This document shows positions 25,333 to 39,100 of a DNA stretch of 64,000 bases, piece after piece. The position numbers were made by a program, and so were the translations under genes. The notes below the pieces were generated by a model, which was given only the letters and a program-made list of their open reading frames with translations, was not told where the DNA came from and made no database searches. This DNA is from Sminthopsis crassicaudata (taxonomy: Eukaryota). Position 1 is the first letter of the stretch. Each line of letters starts with the position of its first letter. The stretch is taken from NCBI RefSeq assembly GCF_048593235.1, contig NC_133620.1, positions 465,587,261-465,651,260 on the forward strand, read 5' to 3'.

Positions 25333-28016
25333 AAATGTCAGCAAAGCAAAACAAATTCTGAGGAAAATAAATACATTTCAAAGGGGACACAAACAGGCCA
25401 TTTTGTTATCATTTTGTTCGGTTTAATATGTAAAACAATTACGCGATAGTTTATAGTTTTATATAAAATCCTTTTGGTGCTTCTTTTAAGTTCAAGATGA
25501 AAAAAGAAAATCTACACAGAGGCAAGTGTGTTTCCTTGGTAGAAACTACAGAAATGGAAGTCCTCACAGCCCGTGCACATCTGGATTTCTGGTCATGCGC
25601 CCACCCCCTGAAGGAACCTGGATGCCCCTCGACTAAGGAGCGCTCAGGGAATTTGAAATGATTCTTCAGCAGAGCACTAATAGGCCTGTCAGATTGCTGC
25701 CTCCCCCCTTTGCTCCCACCCACCTTCTTTCTCTCGGTTCCCCCTGCCCGGTCTTGTGAGCTATATTTCCTGGGGGCCTATGGGCCCCTTTCTGAGGGAT
25801 CAGAATTTGGGAGCTGCCTGGGACCTTTAAGGTCACATTTCCCAACACCTTCACTTGACAGGTGAAGAATCAGCTGGCAGAGATTGTGCAAACCCCAAGG
25901 GGAGAATTTGAATCTAGCAGAATCTTTCGATGCTTCCAGGGACAAATGGGAGCTCTTCGGTTAGCCAAAGGTTCTCTATGTGAATGGCGGGGCCTGAGAG
26001 GGCCAAGCTGGGATGACATCCCAGTGACACAGCAGTCAGTGCTCGATGTGCTCTCATCACTCTCCTGGACTGGGGGCAGAGGAAAAGCAAGCAGCTTCTG
26101 CCCTCGAGGAGTTTCCCCTCTGGTTTCCTCTGGTTCCTGAAGCATCAGATCAGGGATAAGAGGAACAGACCCTTACTCTGCATGACAAGTGCCCTAGGCC
26201 ACTGACCCTCCCCAGAATCCCACGAGGCAGAGATTTTGATGAAGCAGCCAGAGCCTTGGATCTGTAATCCAAGAACCTGGATCCAGTCCCAGCTCTTTAG
26301 TTCCTGTATGAAATTGGGCAAATATCCATGCTCTGTGCCTCAGTTTCCCCAGATATAAAATGAGAAGGTTGGCATCAAACTTTGCTAAAAAGGGGGGCTC
26401 TAAGCTTTGATACATTCTGAGTGTTGGGGGTTGTGTATTTGACACCTCTGGATTAGGTAACCTCTAAGGTCCATTTCAAGTCTAAAAATTAGGGTCCTAT
26501 GATGGGATCTGAGATTCCCTTTGCTTATACATTACCCAACTTAACTTTATTTAATTGAATGCGTCCCCTCCCCTTCTTCCCTCTCAGAAGCCAGGGACTG
26601 GACTACTGGCTGTGCAGTCCTGCCTCTGTGCCTGGAATGCCCTCCCAACCCCTTTTTGTATTGTTTGTTTGGTTGTCGTTCAATCATTTCGCACTCTGTG
26701 GCCCTCGGCAAAGGCATTTCCTTCTCCAGCTCATTCTACAGATGAGGAAACTGAGGCAGTGTTGAGTCACACTGTCAGAAAGGGTCTGAGGTCACATTTG
26801 AACTCGGGAAGATGAGTCTTCCTGCCTCCGGATCGTGGTACTCTATACTCTGTGCCCCCCACCCTTAGTTCCCCTCAAAAGGTTCACTTCTAATGCTATC
26901 AACAAGAAACCCTTTCTGCACCCCCAGGGGTCACAAAACTCTTTTCCTGTTTACTTGCCTGGGATTATCTTGCATTTAGTTATCTGTCCAGATGGGTCCC
27001 CATCCTCTCCAGACAATGCGAGCTTCGTGTATTGTGTGTGTGTGAACATAGGATCTATATCTTTTCTGCTTTGCTCTACCCAGTAGCACATAGTAGGCAC
27101 TTGACAGAGGCAGCATGGCACCTTAGACAGAGCCGAGGGTCCTGGCTTTAAATCCGGGCTCTGACACTCACATGTGTGACCCTGGACATATAATCAGAAC
27201 TTTGTGTTCTCTGGACTTAATTTCCTTCTAGGGAGCAGGCAGGAGTTGGATAAGATGTCATAGAAAGTGGGTAGGTTTGGTTTGAATCCTGCCCCAGATT
27301 TTTACTGGCTCTGTCACTTTAAGGAATCTCTCTGGGCCTCCATTGCCTCATCTGTGAGATGGGCCCCCCAGGTCCCTTTTAGTTTGATTTCTGTGACGGT
27401 TCCTTCTTCTATTTTCCATGAGGTTATGTATTTATCCCTCCATCATTCAGTTCAGAAGTCTTAATGGACTCCCTCCACGCTGCAATGAGGAATATGCTCA
27501 GATCGGCTGGCTGGGGAGGGGGGTGTAAAACACTGAAAGATAGAAATCCACTGAAAATGATGATCACCAGTCTAAACCAGCTGAAGAGACAGACCCTCAA
27601 AAGCAGGACAGAATTAATGTAAAAAGACTATTATCATTCACTCTCTTTTCTTTAGGAATATACCTCCAATGTTGCGATGTAATGACCAGGTATTTGTCCA
27701 AAAAGTCAACTTTCTGGGGGTGACCCCAAATTTGAGTGGAGTCACAAATCAGAACCACTGGCAAGAGACAAAATGATCTTGAGCTGGGCTTAAATGAGTT
27801 GGGTACAGATAGAGGGAAGGGCCCTGACACAGCTGTTCTTGTGTTTCCTATGTATCCCAGCATTCATTGCAATGCTTGGAACACAGAACTTAAGTGTGGA
27901 TTGATTGGGACCTCCTGAATGGACACGACTTACTAGATTTTTGGCAAGTTCTCTCACTTTGGGGGCAGAATCAAGGGGATGAGTAGGAAGGTGGGTTTAA
28001 AGAATCATATGTGACT

Positions 28017-28180
28017 GGGGCAACTGGGTGGTGCAGTGGATGGAGTATCAGCCCTGAAGTCAGGAGGACCCGAGTTCAAATCTAACTTTAGACACTTAAT
28101 ACTTCCTGGTTGTGTGATCCTGGGCAAGTCACTTAACCCCAATTGCCTCAGGAAAAAGAAAAAAAGAAAGAGAAAAAGAA
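28017..28180 (+). mobile_element. WSINE1-type short CORE-SINE
   Basis: ggggcaactgggtggtgcagtggatggagtatcagccctgaagtcaggaggacccgagttcaaat ... aaccccaattgcctcagg plus A-rich tail. Confidence 0.88.
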
Positions 28181-29441
28181 ATGAAGATATATATGCCCCG
28201 GCACGCACAGAGATGCAAGGAGAAAACTCAATGTTTGGTTTTCCCACTTTTTAGGTCATTGGTTTCTGTGTCCTATATGAAAAATACAATGCTTGACACA
28301 TAATAGGGTTAAGGACAGGGACTGGATTTGTGGTTTTCTTGGTATGGGGAACTTTAAGTGGGGAAACTCCCTTCACTGATGCCATTTACTGCCAGAATAA
28401 TGAGTCAGAATAGACAAAAAAGAACTGCTTTAACTGAAATGAACTCATCTTTTGCCTCAAACCTGTCTGATTTCTTGATTTTCGTCAAAAATAGTCAATC
28501 CCCACCATTCTTCTAGAGTCCCAGATTGGAAATCTCAGCATTTATCAGTCAACAGTCTATAAGCACTTATTAAGTACCAACTGTATGTCAGTCAATAATT
28601 TATAAACATTTATTAAGCACCCACTATGTGAAGAAAGGTAAAAGACATGAAAGAGTTTATCCTTCCCCAGCCCCACTTAGAAAAGCCTTCCATTTTGACC
28701 TTCACTGTCTTTTGCATCTAATTCTTTCTCTTCTCACACTCAAGGACCACTTTAATTCAGGTTCTCCATTTTTACTTCTCACCTAGCATATTGCAGTAGC
28801 CTCCATCAAGGCTCCCTCTTTCAGCAGCTCAAATCTGTCCTCCCACTGCAGCCATACTGACTTTCCTACCCAACTGTAGGGGTTCAGAATGGCTTCTTTT
28901 GTTATTGTTTGGTTGTATTCACTTCTTTGTGTCTTCCCTTTTTTTTGGGGGGGAGGGAGGTTCTTGGCAGAGATTCTAAAGTGGCTTGCCATTTCCTTCT
29001 CCAGCTCATTTTACAGATAAGGAAACTGAGGCAGACAGGATGAAGTGCCTTGTCCAGAGTCACACAAGAGGTCGCTGTCTTAGGTCACATTTGAACCCGG
29101 GAAGAAGAGCGTGCCTGACTCTTACCTGGCACTCTTGAAAGCCCAAAACAATCCTGCCCCAAACTACCTTTTTAATTTCTTTGGACACTCTTCAGCCTCC
29201 TGCCTTCCCACAGTCTGCTCCCCATGACCAGATGGCGGTCCCTTCTCACCCTTGCCTCAGATCCTTTTCCTTTTAACCATCTTCAGCATCAGCTGCTGGT
29301 GCCCTCCCACCTGAGCTTCCTCAGAAATAACGACTTCTCGGTCGGTCCCTTCAAATAATAATTTGCTGGATATATGATGCTTATATATACACATAAGTAT
29401 ATGCATCCTTTTTGTGTTCTCCATTAGAATTACTCAAACAC

Positions 29442-29833
29442 TGAGACCAGTTCCAGTGATCTCATGATGAGAAGAGCCATCTGCACGTAGAGAGAGGATT
29501 ATGGGAGCTGAGTGTGGACCACACCATAGCATTTTCACTCCCTTTGTTGTTGTTTGTTCACCTTTTCTTTTCTTTCTCATTTTCTTTTCCTTTTTGATCT
29601 GATTTTCTTGTGCAGCAAGATAATTGTATAAATATGTATGCACATATTGGATTTAACATATTTTAACATGTTCAACATATATTGGATTACCTGCCATCTA
29701 GGAGAGGGGGTGGGGAGAAAGAGAAAATTTGGAACACAAGGTTTTATAAGGGTCAATGTTGAAAAATTATTTGGGCATATATTTTAAAAATAAAAAGCTT
29801 TAATAAAAATAATTAAATCTACAAAAAAAATTA
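29442..29833 (+). mobile_element. Older LINE-1 3' UTR with degenerate 16-bp TSD
   Basis: L1 3' UTR motifs (cctgccatctaggagaggggg, A-rich tail). TSD agaattactcaaacac (29426-29441) versus agaattattcaatcac (29834-29849), 14/16 match. Confidence 0.8.
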
Positions 29834-29854
29834 AGAATTATTCAATCACAAATG

Positions 29855-30098
29855 AGGCAGCTGGTGGCTCTATAAATAGAGTCTTGGGCCTGGGTCTGGA
29901 ATGCCTCAGTTCAAATTCAGCCTCAAACAATGACTAGCCGAGAGACCTTGGGCAAGTCATTTAACCCTGTCAGCCTCAGTTTCCTCATCTATAAAAATGT
30001 GCTGGAGAAGAAAATGGCAAAACACTCTAGTGTCTCTGCCAAGAAATCCCCAAATGGAGTCACAAAGGGTCAGTTGTGACTGAGACAACTGAATAACA
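29855..30098 (+). mobile_element. MAR1-type CORE-SINE
   Basis: Same head, CORE and RTE-tail structure as 24480-24710. Further copies at about 31770-31982 (+), 28965-29130 (-) and 26690-26830 (-). Confidence 0.75.
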
Positions 30099-31309
30099 TT
30101 CAGTTATGATTAGGGATTGTTTCAAACTATATTTATATCTTAGCACGGTGCCTGGTACACAATTGGCTCTAAATAAAAACTTAATCGTTTGGATTCAAAC
30201 AAGTGGTTATAGCTGAGTCTCTTTCCCCTTTTCCCCTTTAAAGCAGACACCTAGGGCAGGAGCTGGCTGTTAACTCTTGCTCTTTTCTTCTTGGCTATAT
30301 ATTTTCCCTCATCTTTGGTGAGGGTTAGGGCTTTGTGAGAAGTGAGGAGCTGTTCTACAGCCTCAGGGAGCACAGGCCCCGAAGACTCTGGAGGTCCTAC
30401 CCCAGCCAGGGTTAAAGCCATCAAAAGTGGAACAGTCCTTTGTCTGTTTGGGCAACCCAATGTGCCAGCTGTCCTGGAGGACACACGTGGAACCCCAGCC
30501 CTTGGCACATAGTAGGGCTTATTAAATGTTTGTTAACTGACTCCCAACATAGCCTCTGTGTGTCCTTAAGAAGGTTATTAGGTAGATTTAGGTTTCTTTT
30601 CTCCAGCTTGTCTATGTGTCTAAAGGCTTATGGCTACTCTAGCTGGGAGTCGGGGTGGACAGGGTACAAAATTCATGCAAATAGGATATCGCCCTCCATT
30701 CGAAACACCCCCAAAATCAGATGAGCTGAAAAACAGTCTAGCTGATGACCCAGAGATGCATAATTCTACCCTGATTTTGTGGTTTATGCGTGAGGCACAA
30801 AAGACTTGGGAAGAAGATGCCAGTTGTCTCCAAGGGCTAATGGAGTTTCAGAAATGGAAATTTCCTCATTCTTTCCCTAGCCTCGACAACACAGTCATTA
30901 CTATACATTACCTGTCTATCAAGTCATGTTCTGTAGACAGCTTCATGCCAGTCCATGAGAATGGCACCTGAACAGCTTTTAGGCTCTGAGACACCCCCAC
31001 CCCCCATTCTAGGCAGCTTCCTCTCTCAATGACAACACGGTCTGTCTGTCATTCAAGCTTGTAACCCCATCCTGAGGCATGGGGAACCACAAAGTCTGCC
31101 CTGCACATTTAGTCAAAGCTAGAAGCTCATGATGGGTAAGATGTGGAGGGGAGGTGAGTGGGTACCTTGTCGAGGGTGCTGAGGGACCTTTATCCTCTGC
31201 CTCCTGTCTGTCCCGATGAGATGCAACTCACCACTGGATCCTTGGCTGCTTTAGCTAATTGTTATTCAGGAATGTCAAAGTACCCACTTTTAATTAAGAG
31301 CTGAGCCCA

Positions 31310-31718
31310 TAATCCAATTCCAATTGATCAATGATGGACAGAATCAGCTACACCCAGAAAAGGAATACTGGGAAATGAGTGTAAACTGTTAGCAGTTTTT
31401 TGTTTTTCTCCCCAGGTTATTTTTACCTTCTGAATCCAATTCTTGCTTTGCAACAACAACAACAACAACAATAACAACAACAACAAAATGCGGTTGTGCA
31501 CATATATATTGTACCTAGGATATACTATAAGATATTTAATATGTAGGGAATGCCTGCCATCTAGGGGAGGGGGTGGAGGGAAGGAGGGGAAAAATTCGGA
31601 ACAGAAGGGAGTACAAGGGATAATGTTGTAAAAAATTACCTATGCATATGTACTGTCAAAAAATGTTATAATTATAAAATTAATAAAAAAAATGTAAAAA
31701 AAAAAAAAAAAAAAAAAA
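31310..31718 (+). mobile_element. 5'-truncated LINE-1 3' UTR with poly-A and 14-bp TSD
   Basis: Closely similar to 22072-22490. TSD aagagctgagccca at 31296-31309 and 31719-31732, preceded by TT (L1 endonuclease-type TT|AAGA site). Confidence 0.93.
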
Positions 31719-32168
31719 AAGAGCTGAGCCCACAGAGTCTCAGGCTGAGGGGTGGGGAAAGCAAAGAAATTGCTGGGTGGTGCAGTAGATAGAGCACTGG
31801 ATCTGTAATCAGGATAACTTGACTCTTTACTAGCGGTGTGTAAATCACTTAACACTCTTTGCCTCAGTTTCCTCATCTGTAAAATGAGCTAAAGAAAGAA
31901 ATGGGCAATTATTCTAAGATCACCGCCGAGAAAATCTGAAATGGTATCATGAAGAGTGGGATATGACTGAATGACAACAAAAGAAACAAAAAGGAATTTA
32001 GCAAAGACTTTTAAGGCTTCTTCCCCCTAAGTAGCATAGTACTGCTATCTAGCCTCCTCCTAAGCATAATCTCATTCAGCATTCTGTAACAAAAATGGTG
32101 CTGAAAAACAGATGATTTTTCCCCTCAATTTTTAACAGCATAAGATGAGAAGACAGAAGTTCTGCCTA

Positions 32169-32241
<73 letters not shown>

Positions 32242-33229
32242 AAGAGCTTTTCTCTGACATGTTGAAGCTGTGAATGAGTCCGTGGTCCGTGGGTTCAAAT
32301 TTGGCCTCAGATACCTCCTACCTGTGTGACTTTGGACAGGTCATGTAACCTAACTCAGTGCCTCAGTTTCTTCATCTAAAAAACGAGGTTAGATTCGCTG
32401 GCTGCTAACATTCTAACTCTAAATCTATGCTCTTTGAATTTCTGAAGACTGCCTCCTGGTACCTGGGCTCCCCACTCAGCCCTACCAACTGTTTAAAAAT
32501 AAACACAATGACAGGTGCTCCAGTCAAAGGTCACCCAGCACCCCCGTCCTTCACACCAGCTGGGAAATACTGTTATGGATTTATAATATGTGTGAGATTC
32601 AAACCAGGTCTGGTCAAGGGCAGAGAAATCAGAGCAATGTAAAATTATGCAGTTAATGTGCCTGAGAAATTATAAATATCTGAAAGCCTCCAGGACTGAA
32701 CTTTTGGGCAGAAATCCTTGTTTCATTTGTACGAGGGCTATTAAGAGTGTCATATCAAGGAGCAGATTTGCTTTGACAATTCTCTCTGTCCTGGCTCATT
32801 CTCTGATGGAAACTTGTTCTTCTCCACATATTCCATTCTCCACTTCTATGCCTCAGAACCAGAATGCCCTTGCTCTTTATCTCTGCCCCTGAATCCTAAG
32901 ATTCCTTTAATTTTCATCTCCTATGACATCTTCTGCAAGAGGCCTTTCTTGATTGCCCCCCTTCCCTGCTCCCTCCTCCTCACCCCTAGCATTTAGTATT
33001 CTGACCCCCCCCCCCGATTTTGGATATACTCTGTATCTACTTTAGGCAGTGTACTTTTGTAGACAGTAGACTGATCTTGGAGTTAGATAGAAGACATTGG
33101 TCTGGTGCATCAATCAGTCAATCACCATTATTAAGTAGCAGCTGTGCCAGGCAGTGTGCTAAAATCTAGGTTTTAATCTTTTTCTCCCCCTTGACTCATT
33201 TCCTACTGCCTACAAACATGCCCATGTCT

Positions 33230-33350
33230 CTCATCCTAAAAAGAATCTTATTTGTTCTTCCATTTCTGCCAATTATCACCCTATATATCTTTGCCCTTTG
33301 GAGATAAACTCTTTGAAAAGGATGGTGCTATGGTAGGAGCCTATTTGCTT

Positions 33351-33442
<92 letters not shown>

Positions 33443-34640
33443 AAGAGCTTTTCTCTGACATGTTGAAGCTGTGAATGAGTCAGTGGGTTCAAATTTGGCC
33501 TCAGATACCTCCTACCTGTGTGACTTTCTCTCTTCTCACTCTCTTAACTCCTTATAATCTGATTGCTGACTTCATCATTCCACCAAAACTTCTCTCTCTA
33601 AAGTCACTAGTGACCTTCTAAATGCCAAATCCAAGGGCCTTTTCTCAACCCTCATTCTCCCTAACCACTTTGCAGACATTCTGTCCTCTTCTCCTGAGCT
33701 TCCTCCTCCTTCTCCAACTGTTCCTTGCTGGATCCACCTCTAGATCGTGCCCTCTAACCATAGGAGTTCTGTTCGGAGTCCTCTTCTTGTCTTCCTCTAC
33801 ACTATATCACTTATACCAGCCCTTATGATAAAATGACCATCTCTATGCTGAAGATGATTCTTAAATCTACCTTTCCTGCCCTGAACAATAAGGTGACCTT
33901 CAATCTCACATCTGCAACAGTCTTTCAGTTATCTTGCTGAATGTCCAGAAGACATCTTAATTTCAGTATGTCCAAAACAATTTATAATCTCTTCCTCTAA
34001 ATCTTGCTGTCCCTTATCTTCCCTATTACTGTGGACTTCCTAGTCCTTTGGACTCACAACCTAGGACTGGTCCATGTCCTTACTGTCTCATTTCCCATAT
34101 TCAAGATGTTGCTAAGGCCTGTAGATTTCACCTCTGCAACATCTCTTGTCAATTTCACCTCTGTAAGAATCTCCTGTCCCTGTCATCTTTGCAGAATCTC
34201 CTGTCAATTTCACCTCTGCAACATTTCTTGTTCATTTCAAGCTTCTACAGAATCTCCTGTCCATTTCACTTCCATAACATCTCTTTGTCAATTTTTCCCC
34301 TACAGAATCTCCTGTCCATTTCACTTCCATAACATCTCTTGTCCATTTCGCTTCTAGAGAATCTCCTGTCCATTTCACCTCTGCAACATTTCTCCAATAG
34401 CCTATTTTCTTCACTGGTCATTGTCACCACTTGGTGCAGGATCTTATCGCCTCACATCTGCTGCTGGTGGAGGTGGGGGTGTGAGTCTGTTTTGCCTCAA
34501 GTCTCTCCCCACTTCAGTCCATACTAATTCAGCCACCAAAGTGACTTTCAAAGTACAGGAAATCTCTTACTCCATAAACTCAAGTGGCTCCCTATTGGCT
34601 CTAGAAGCAAATAAAAATGCTCTTGGCATCCAGAATCCTT
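33230..34640 (+). mobile_element. Degraded LINE-2 3' region interrupted by (CT)n, a duplicated block and a minisatellite
   Basis: L2 motifs aaagtcactagtgaccttctaaatgccaaatccaagg, catctctatgctgaagatgattc and tactccataaactcaagtggctccctattg. Confidence 0.65.
34126..34395. repeat. About 27-bp minisatellite, about 10 units, with alternating A/B subunits
   Basis: A units ttcac(c/t)tc(tgc/cat)aacat(c/t)tcttgt(c)(a/c)at alternate with B units ending agaatctcctgtccat. Confidence 0.85.
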
Positions 34641-36146
34641 CATTACTTACCTTTCCAGTCTTCATATTCCATAGTCACTGGCCCTCTAGGCAAGTCACTA
34701 TGCCTTTTAACTATAAATTGTATAGGCAGTGGGAATTTCCTTCATGGGAAGTCATAGTTGAAATTACACACAGTAGGTTAAGTTCAACTGCTACCTGGCA
34801 TGTGAAGCCCCAGTACAAATTCCCAGAGGAAATCACAACTTCAGATCAAAAAATTATTTTGTCTAATTTTTTCTATTTGTTTGCTCTTAGCTGAAATTAC
34901 TTTGTTTTTACGTCATATTTTTTACATTTATCTGAGTCCATGTTGTTTCCTTGGAGAATGTAGATTGCTTATGGGCAGGGTTGGTTTAATATTTGTCTTT
35001 GCATGTCTAGTACCTAGAGCAATGCCTGGCACATAGTATGTGCCATTATTATGGCACATAATAAATTTTTGCTGGATTGAATGGAATTGAAATCCTAAGA
35101 GATGGACAAGGTCGAGCAATGAAAGGAAAAGAAGGAAATGCTCAGATGAGATTAAGTGATGAAAATTCTTAGGGGAAAAATCATTTTAAACATTCTACAG
35201 ATATAAAGTATCCTTACCAGCAGTAGTTGTTTGTAATATTCTTCTGAATTAGTTTCTTTTTCAATTAATTTCTGAGCTCAGGCCTCAATAAACAATATCA
35301 TGAAAGTAAATATTCAGTGCCTTACTTTTTTATTCCTGATTCAACAAACATTTATTAAGCATGTACGGTGTGCTTTAATAAGACACTGCTATGTCTGGGG
35401 GAGACATGATGCCTCTAAGCCATAAACACCACTGACTATAATGTATGTATAATAAAAGGAAAAATGCATCAAGGGTAAAATGCAAAGTGCTTTGTGAGGT
35501 CTGAGGGAGGATGACAGTTACTGTTGGGGGCCTCGGGGAAGGCCTTCTTGAGGAGATCTCATTTGAATCTGAGGTCAAGAATTTAATAAATGAAACCACC
35601 GAGGGAAGACAGTCTAAGCACAGAGAACAATGTGAATGGACGCCCTTTGTTGCGAGGCAGCTGGCCAAGGAGAAAGGCCTGAGGCTGAACTGACTGTAGA
35701 AGCAGGATTATCTCTGGTGCTTGGGACTGGTAGGATGCTCAGGCCAGGCCCAATTTGAAGCTTATTGCAAGGGAAGCCTGGGTAGCTGATAGAGTGATGG
35801 ACTTGGGGGTTCTCAGGCCAATATCCTTACTATGGGATCCCAAGGAAATCATTTTTCTCTTTAGAACCTTACTTTCTCTTCTGCAAAATGGGTACAATAA
35901 TACTTTTCTTCTCTGCTTAGGATACTAAGGATCACAGATCTAGAAAGAGGGGGAACTGAGGCCATCTGATTATTTTACAAAGAAGGAAAGTGAGGCCCAG
36001 GGATACTAAGTGTCCAAGATCACTAGGATAGGATTTGAACTCGTCTTCCTGACACTATCACTCAGTACTACTGTCCTGATTGATTGCTAATTAAGTGATC
36101 AGTTAATCACAGAGAGGTAGCTTGCTCTTCAAGAAATATTACAGAA

Positions 36147-36198
36147 TGTAAAATTACCCATGCATATATCTGGTAAATAAAAACTATTATAATAAAAA
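36147..36198 (+). mobile_element. Minimal 52-bp LINE-1 tail with perfect 16-bp TSD
   Basis: tgtaaaattacccatgcatat... resembles the tails at 22415-22440 and 31625-31650. Flanked by aagaaatattacagaa at 36131-36146 and 36199-36214. Confidence 0.8.
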
Positions 36199-39100
36199 AA
36201 GAAATATTACAGAAACAATGTGTGAAATGTTCCCAAATGACTTTACAATTAGATCATGTGGGGAAATCATCCCATGGACATTCCATGGATATGGATTCAC
36301 ATCCAACAAGGAAGAAGTAGAAGGGGACAAGCTTTTATTAAGCACTTATTCTGTGTTAGACACTGTGTAAAACATGAAGTGCTATACAAATATTATCTTG
36401 TTTAATAAATCCCTGGGTTTGAGGTCAGGAAGACCCGAGTTCAAAGCCTCAATCATTAGTTGTGTGACTCTAGGCAAGTCACTTAAATCCTTCAAATTCT
36501 TTAACTGTGAAATGAGGGGGTTGGTCTCAATGACCTTTGTCATCCATCCACATGACTCTGGGTACCAATGGTCCTGGCTTCAAAGTATAGTTCTAATGCT
36601 AATTGCTTGTATGACCTTGGTCAAATCCCTTTTCTAAGCCTCGGTTTCCTTTTTTGTCAAATGAGGAGATTGGGCTAATGGCCTCCAAAGCCTCTTCCAT
36701 ATATGACTGCATGGATTACAGTGACATGATTTTCCCAAGCGAGTTAACCCTATTACGGTCTCTTTGGGGCATTCCACGCATTGTTTTTGCATTATTTCTT
36801 GAAGTCCAAGCTACAGCATGACTCAGTGATTAGATAACTAACAAGGGAAATCGTACTGGGCAGTAAATGGAAATTTTTACTTTCTACAGAAATAATTATG
36901 GCACAAACCTCACGGTACTGTACAGTACAATACAGTACACACTCTCTTGACAATCCTATTTCCAGTTATTTTAACTGAAGCTTTACAGATTCTGGTAAGT
37001 TCTGGAAATAATCCATTTCTTAGGATCATGTCTTAGAAGGGTCAGTGGCCCCGACTGCTGGTGAATTCTATCTGAATGGTCAGGAATGTTTTTCCCCTAC
37101 TCAGCTTTCCTGCCCCACACCAAGTATGGATGGATCGGGGCTCAGTAAGATCCACAAGCTCCTCTGCTGGGCAGCTCAAGCCCTTTAAGACACGGCCCTC
37201 TTCTCCCTCCCTTCCCAGCTTACTCATTACTGCCCTCCTTGTGTGTGTGTGCACTCAGATTGTGGGTCCTGGTGTCCCTGCCTTCCTTCGTTCCTTTGCT
37301 TTGGCAAAGCCCAGTGTTGGCCCCCCTCATTTTTCTCGCTAAGTTTTTCTTGCTTTCTTCCAAAGTTGGTTCAAAACCACTTTCTAGAGGAGTCCTTTTG
37401 TGGTTCCTGAGCTGCTCCTCTTCACTCACAGCAGCTAGAGTCTTCCCACGGAGGGGATCTTCCATCTACTCCACATGGATCTTATGGATTTCCTTCCTNN
37501 NNNNNNNNNNNNNNNNNNNNNNNNNNNNNNNNNNNNNNNNNNNNNNNNNNNNNNNNNNNNNNNNNNNNNNNNNNNNNNNNNNNNNNNNNNNNNNNNNNNN
37601 NNNNNNNNNNNNNNNNNNNNNNNNNNNNNNNNNNNNTCCTTCCTCCTTCTGGCCTTCCTTTCTCCCTTCCTTCCCTCTATTTTTCTTTTAAGTTCCTTCC
37701 TTCCTCCTCCTCCCCTTCTTTTGTTCCTTCATTGTTTGTTCCTTCCTTCCCTTCTCTCCCTCATCCACATGTATCTGTGAGGTACTCTGCCCAAAATATA
37801 AATCTTGATCACTGAAACCTTTCAAGATTTTTCTTTCTTTCTTAAGGATCACAGTCTTAGACCCAAATTGGTCTTGCTCTCACTGACTGGCCAAAAATAG
37901 GTCCCACCCAAGGCCTCAAAAGGTCATCGATGGGTTCAGAGTGAGTGTAAATAGCATTTGCCTCCATTTTGGCCAAACCTGAGGGCTTTTCCCCCAGAAT
38001 GATTTTATTCTTGGACTTATATTTTCTGCCTCACAGCATTGCATCAGACAAACTGAGACCTGTTAAAGACCTGAGGCTTCAAAGGCCAAAGCTTCCCCCT
38101 GCACCGGGGCCATCTTTAATCATGGGACCCAGGAGCTCTGGAGGGAGGCTGGTGACTTTGCTGAGCCCTGCCTCCCTCTAATCCAACTCATTTGCAGATC
38201 ACAACATCACCTTCCAGATGTCGGGGTCCTTTCAGAGAACGGAGGATGGACATCTTGGGGGTCCCTATTTGTGGACCTGGCACCTCACTCAATGGCCTGC
38301 AAGCTCTCTGAGGGCAGAGATTACTATTATTCTTTGCATCTCGGAGACTTAAGACTGAGCAGATAATAGATATGTAATAAATATATAAATAATAAAGGCC
38401 TCAGCATTTATATGATTGGAGAGACCAGAAGAAAGGCCATTTCAGGCCTTTTCCTATAATTGTGGCTACCATGTAAAACCTTGAATGCAAAAGCTGATTG
38501 GGAAAACAAAGGCTTTGGAAATCAGAAGTTGAACAAGATTTGAATCAAAGCCAATGGAAATAAGGAATATAAAGGAAAAAAGGTGGGGGCTTCCAGGCTT
38601 GTGAGAAAGAAGTTAACCTGCTGGAGCCAGGGCCTAGAAGCCAGGGACACAGAACCACTATTAGCAATCAGGACGAGTGTGAGCGAGTGTTAATGCACTA
38701 GAAGGAGTGTCTGCTGCCATGTTGGTTTTGAGTCATTTCTCTGCTACTTCCACATGGGCCAGCCCAGAAGGATATTTAAGGGAGGAGGGCATTATTTCTT
38801 CATCTGTTGCTTTTCATTCAACATAATTTTTTTGGATTAATGATCTGTTGGGTGCCAGGCTTAGCATTAGGTGCTCAAAGTTGGCTCATGCTCATCTGGC
38901 AGGAGTGCCTGGCAAAGTGGAGAACATCCGGCATTCCTTTGTCATTCCCTCATTCAGTATCCTGCAGTGGCTCCCTATTACTCTCAAGGATCAAACAAAA
39001 ACTTAGTTTGGCCTCTAAAGCTCTTTATGGTCTAGCTCCAATGAACCTTCCAAGACTGGTTAATCATTAGTCCTCTTCCCCCACTCTCTAGGTCTGGTCT

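Noticed and set aside
25027-25449. K/R/E-rich and F/S/L-rich ORFs (also 47179-47617 and 33252-33461)
   Set aside because: Translations of polypurine tracts and microsatellites.
34126-34395. CRISPR-like look of the 27-bp repeat array
   Set aside because: Units are contiguous with no unique spacers, no cas genes are present, and the context is a mammalian L2.
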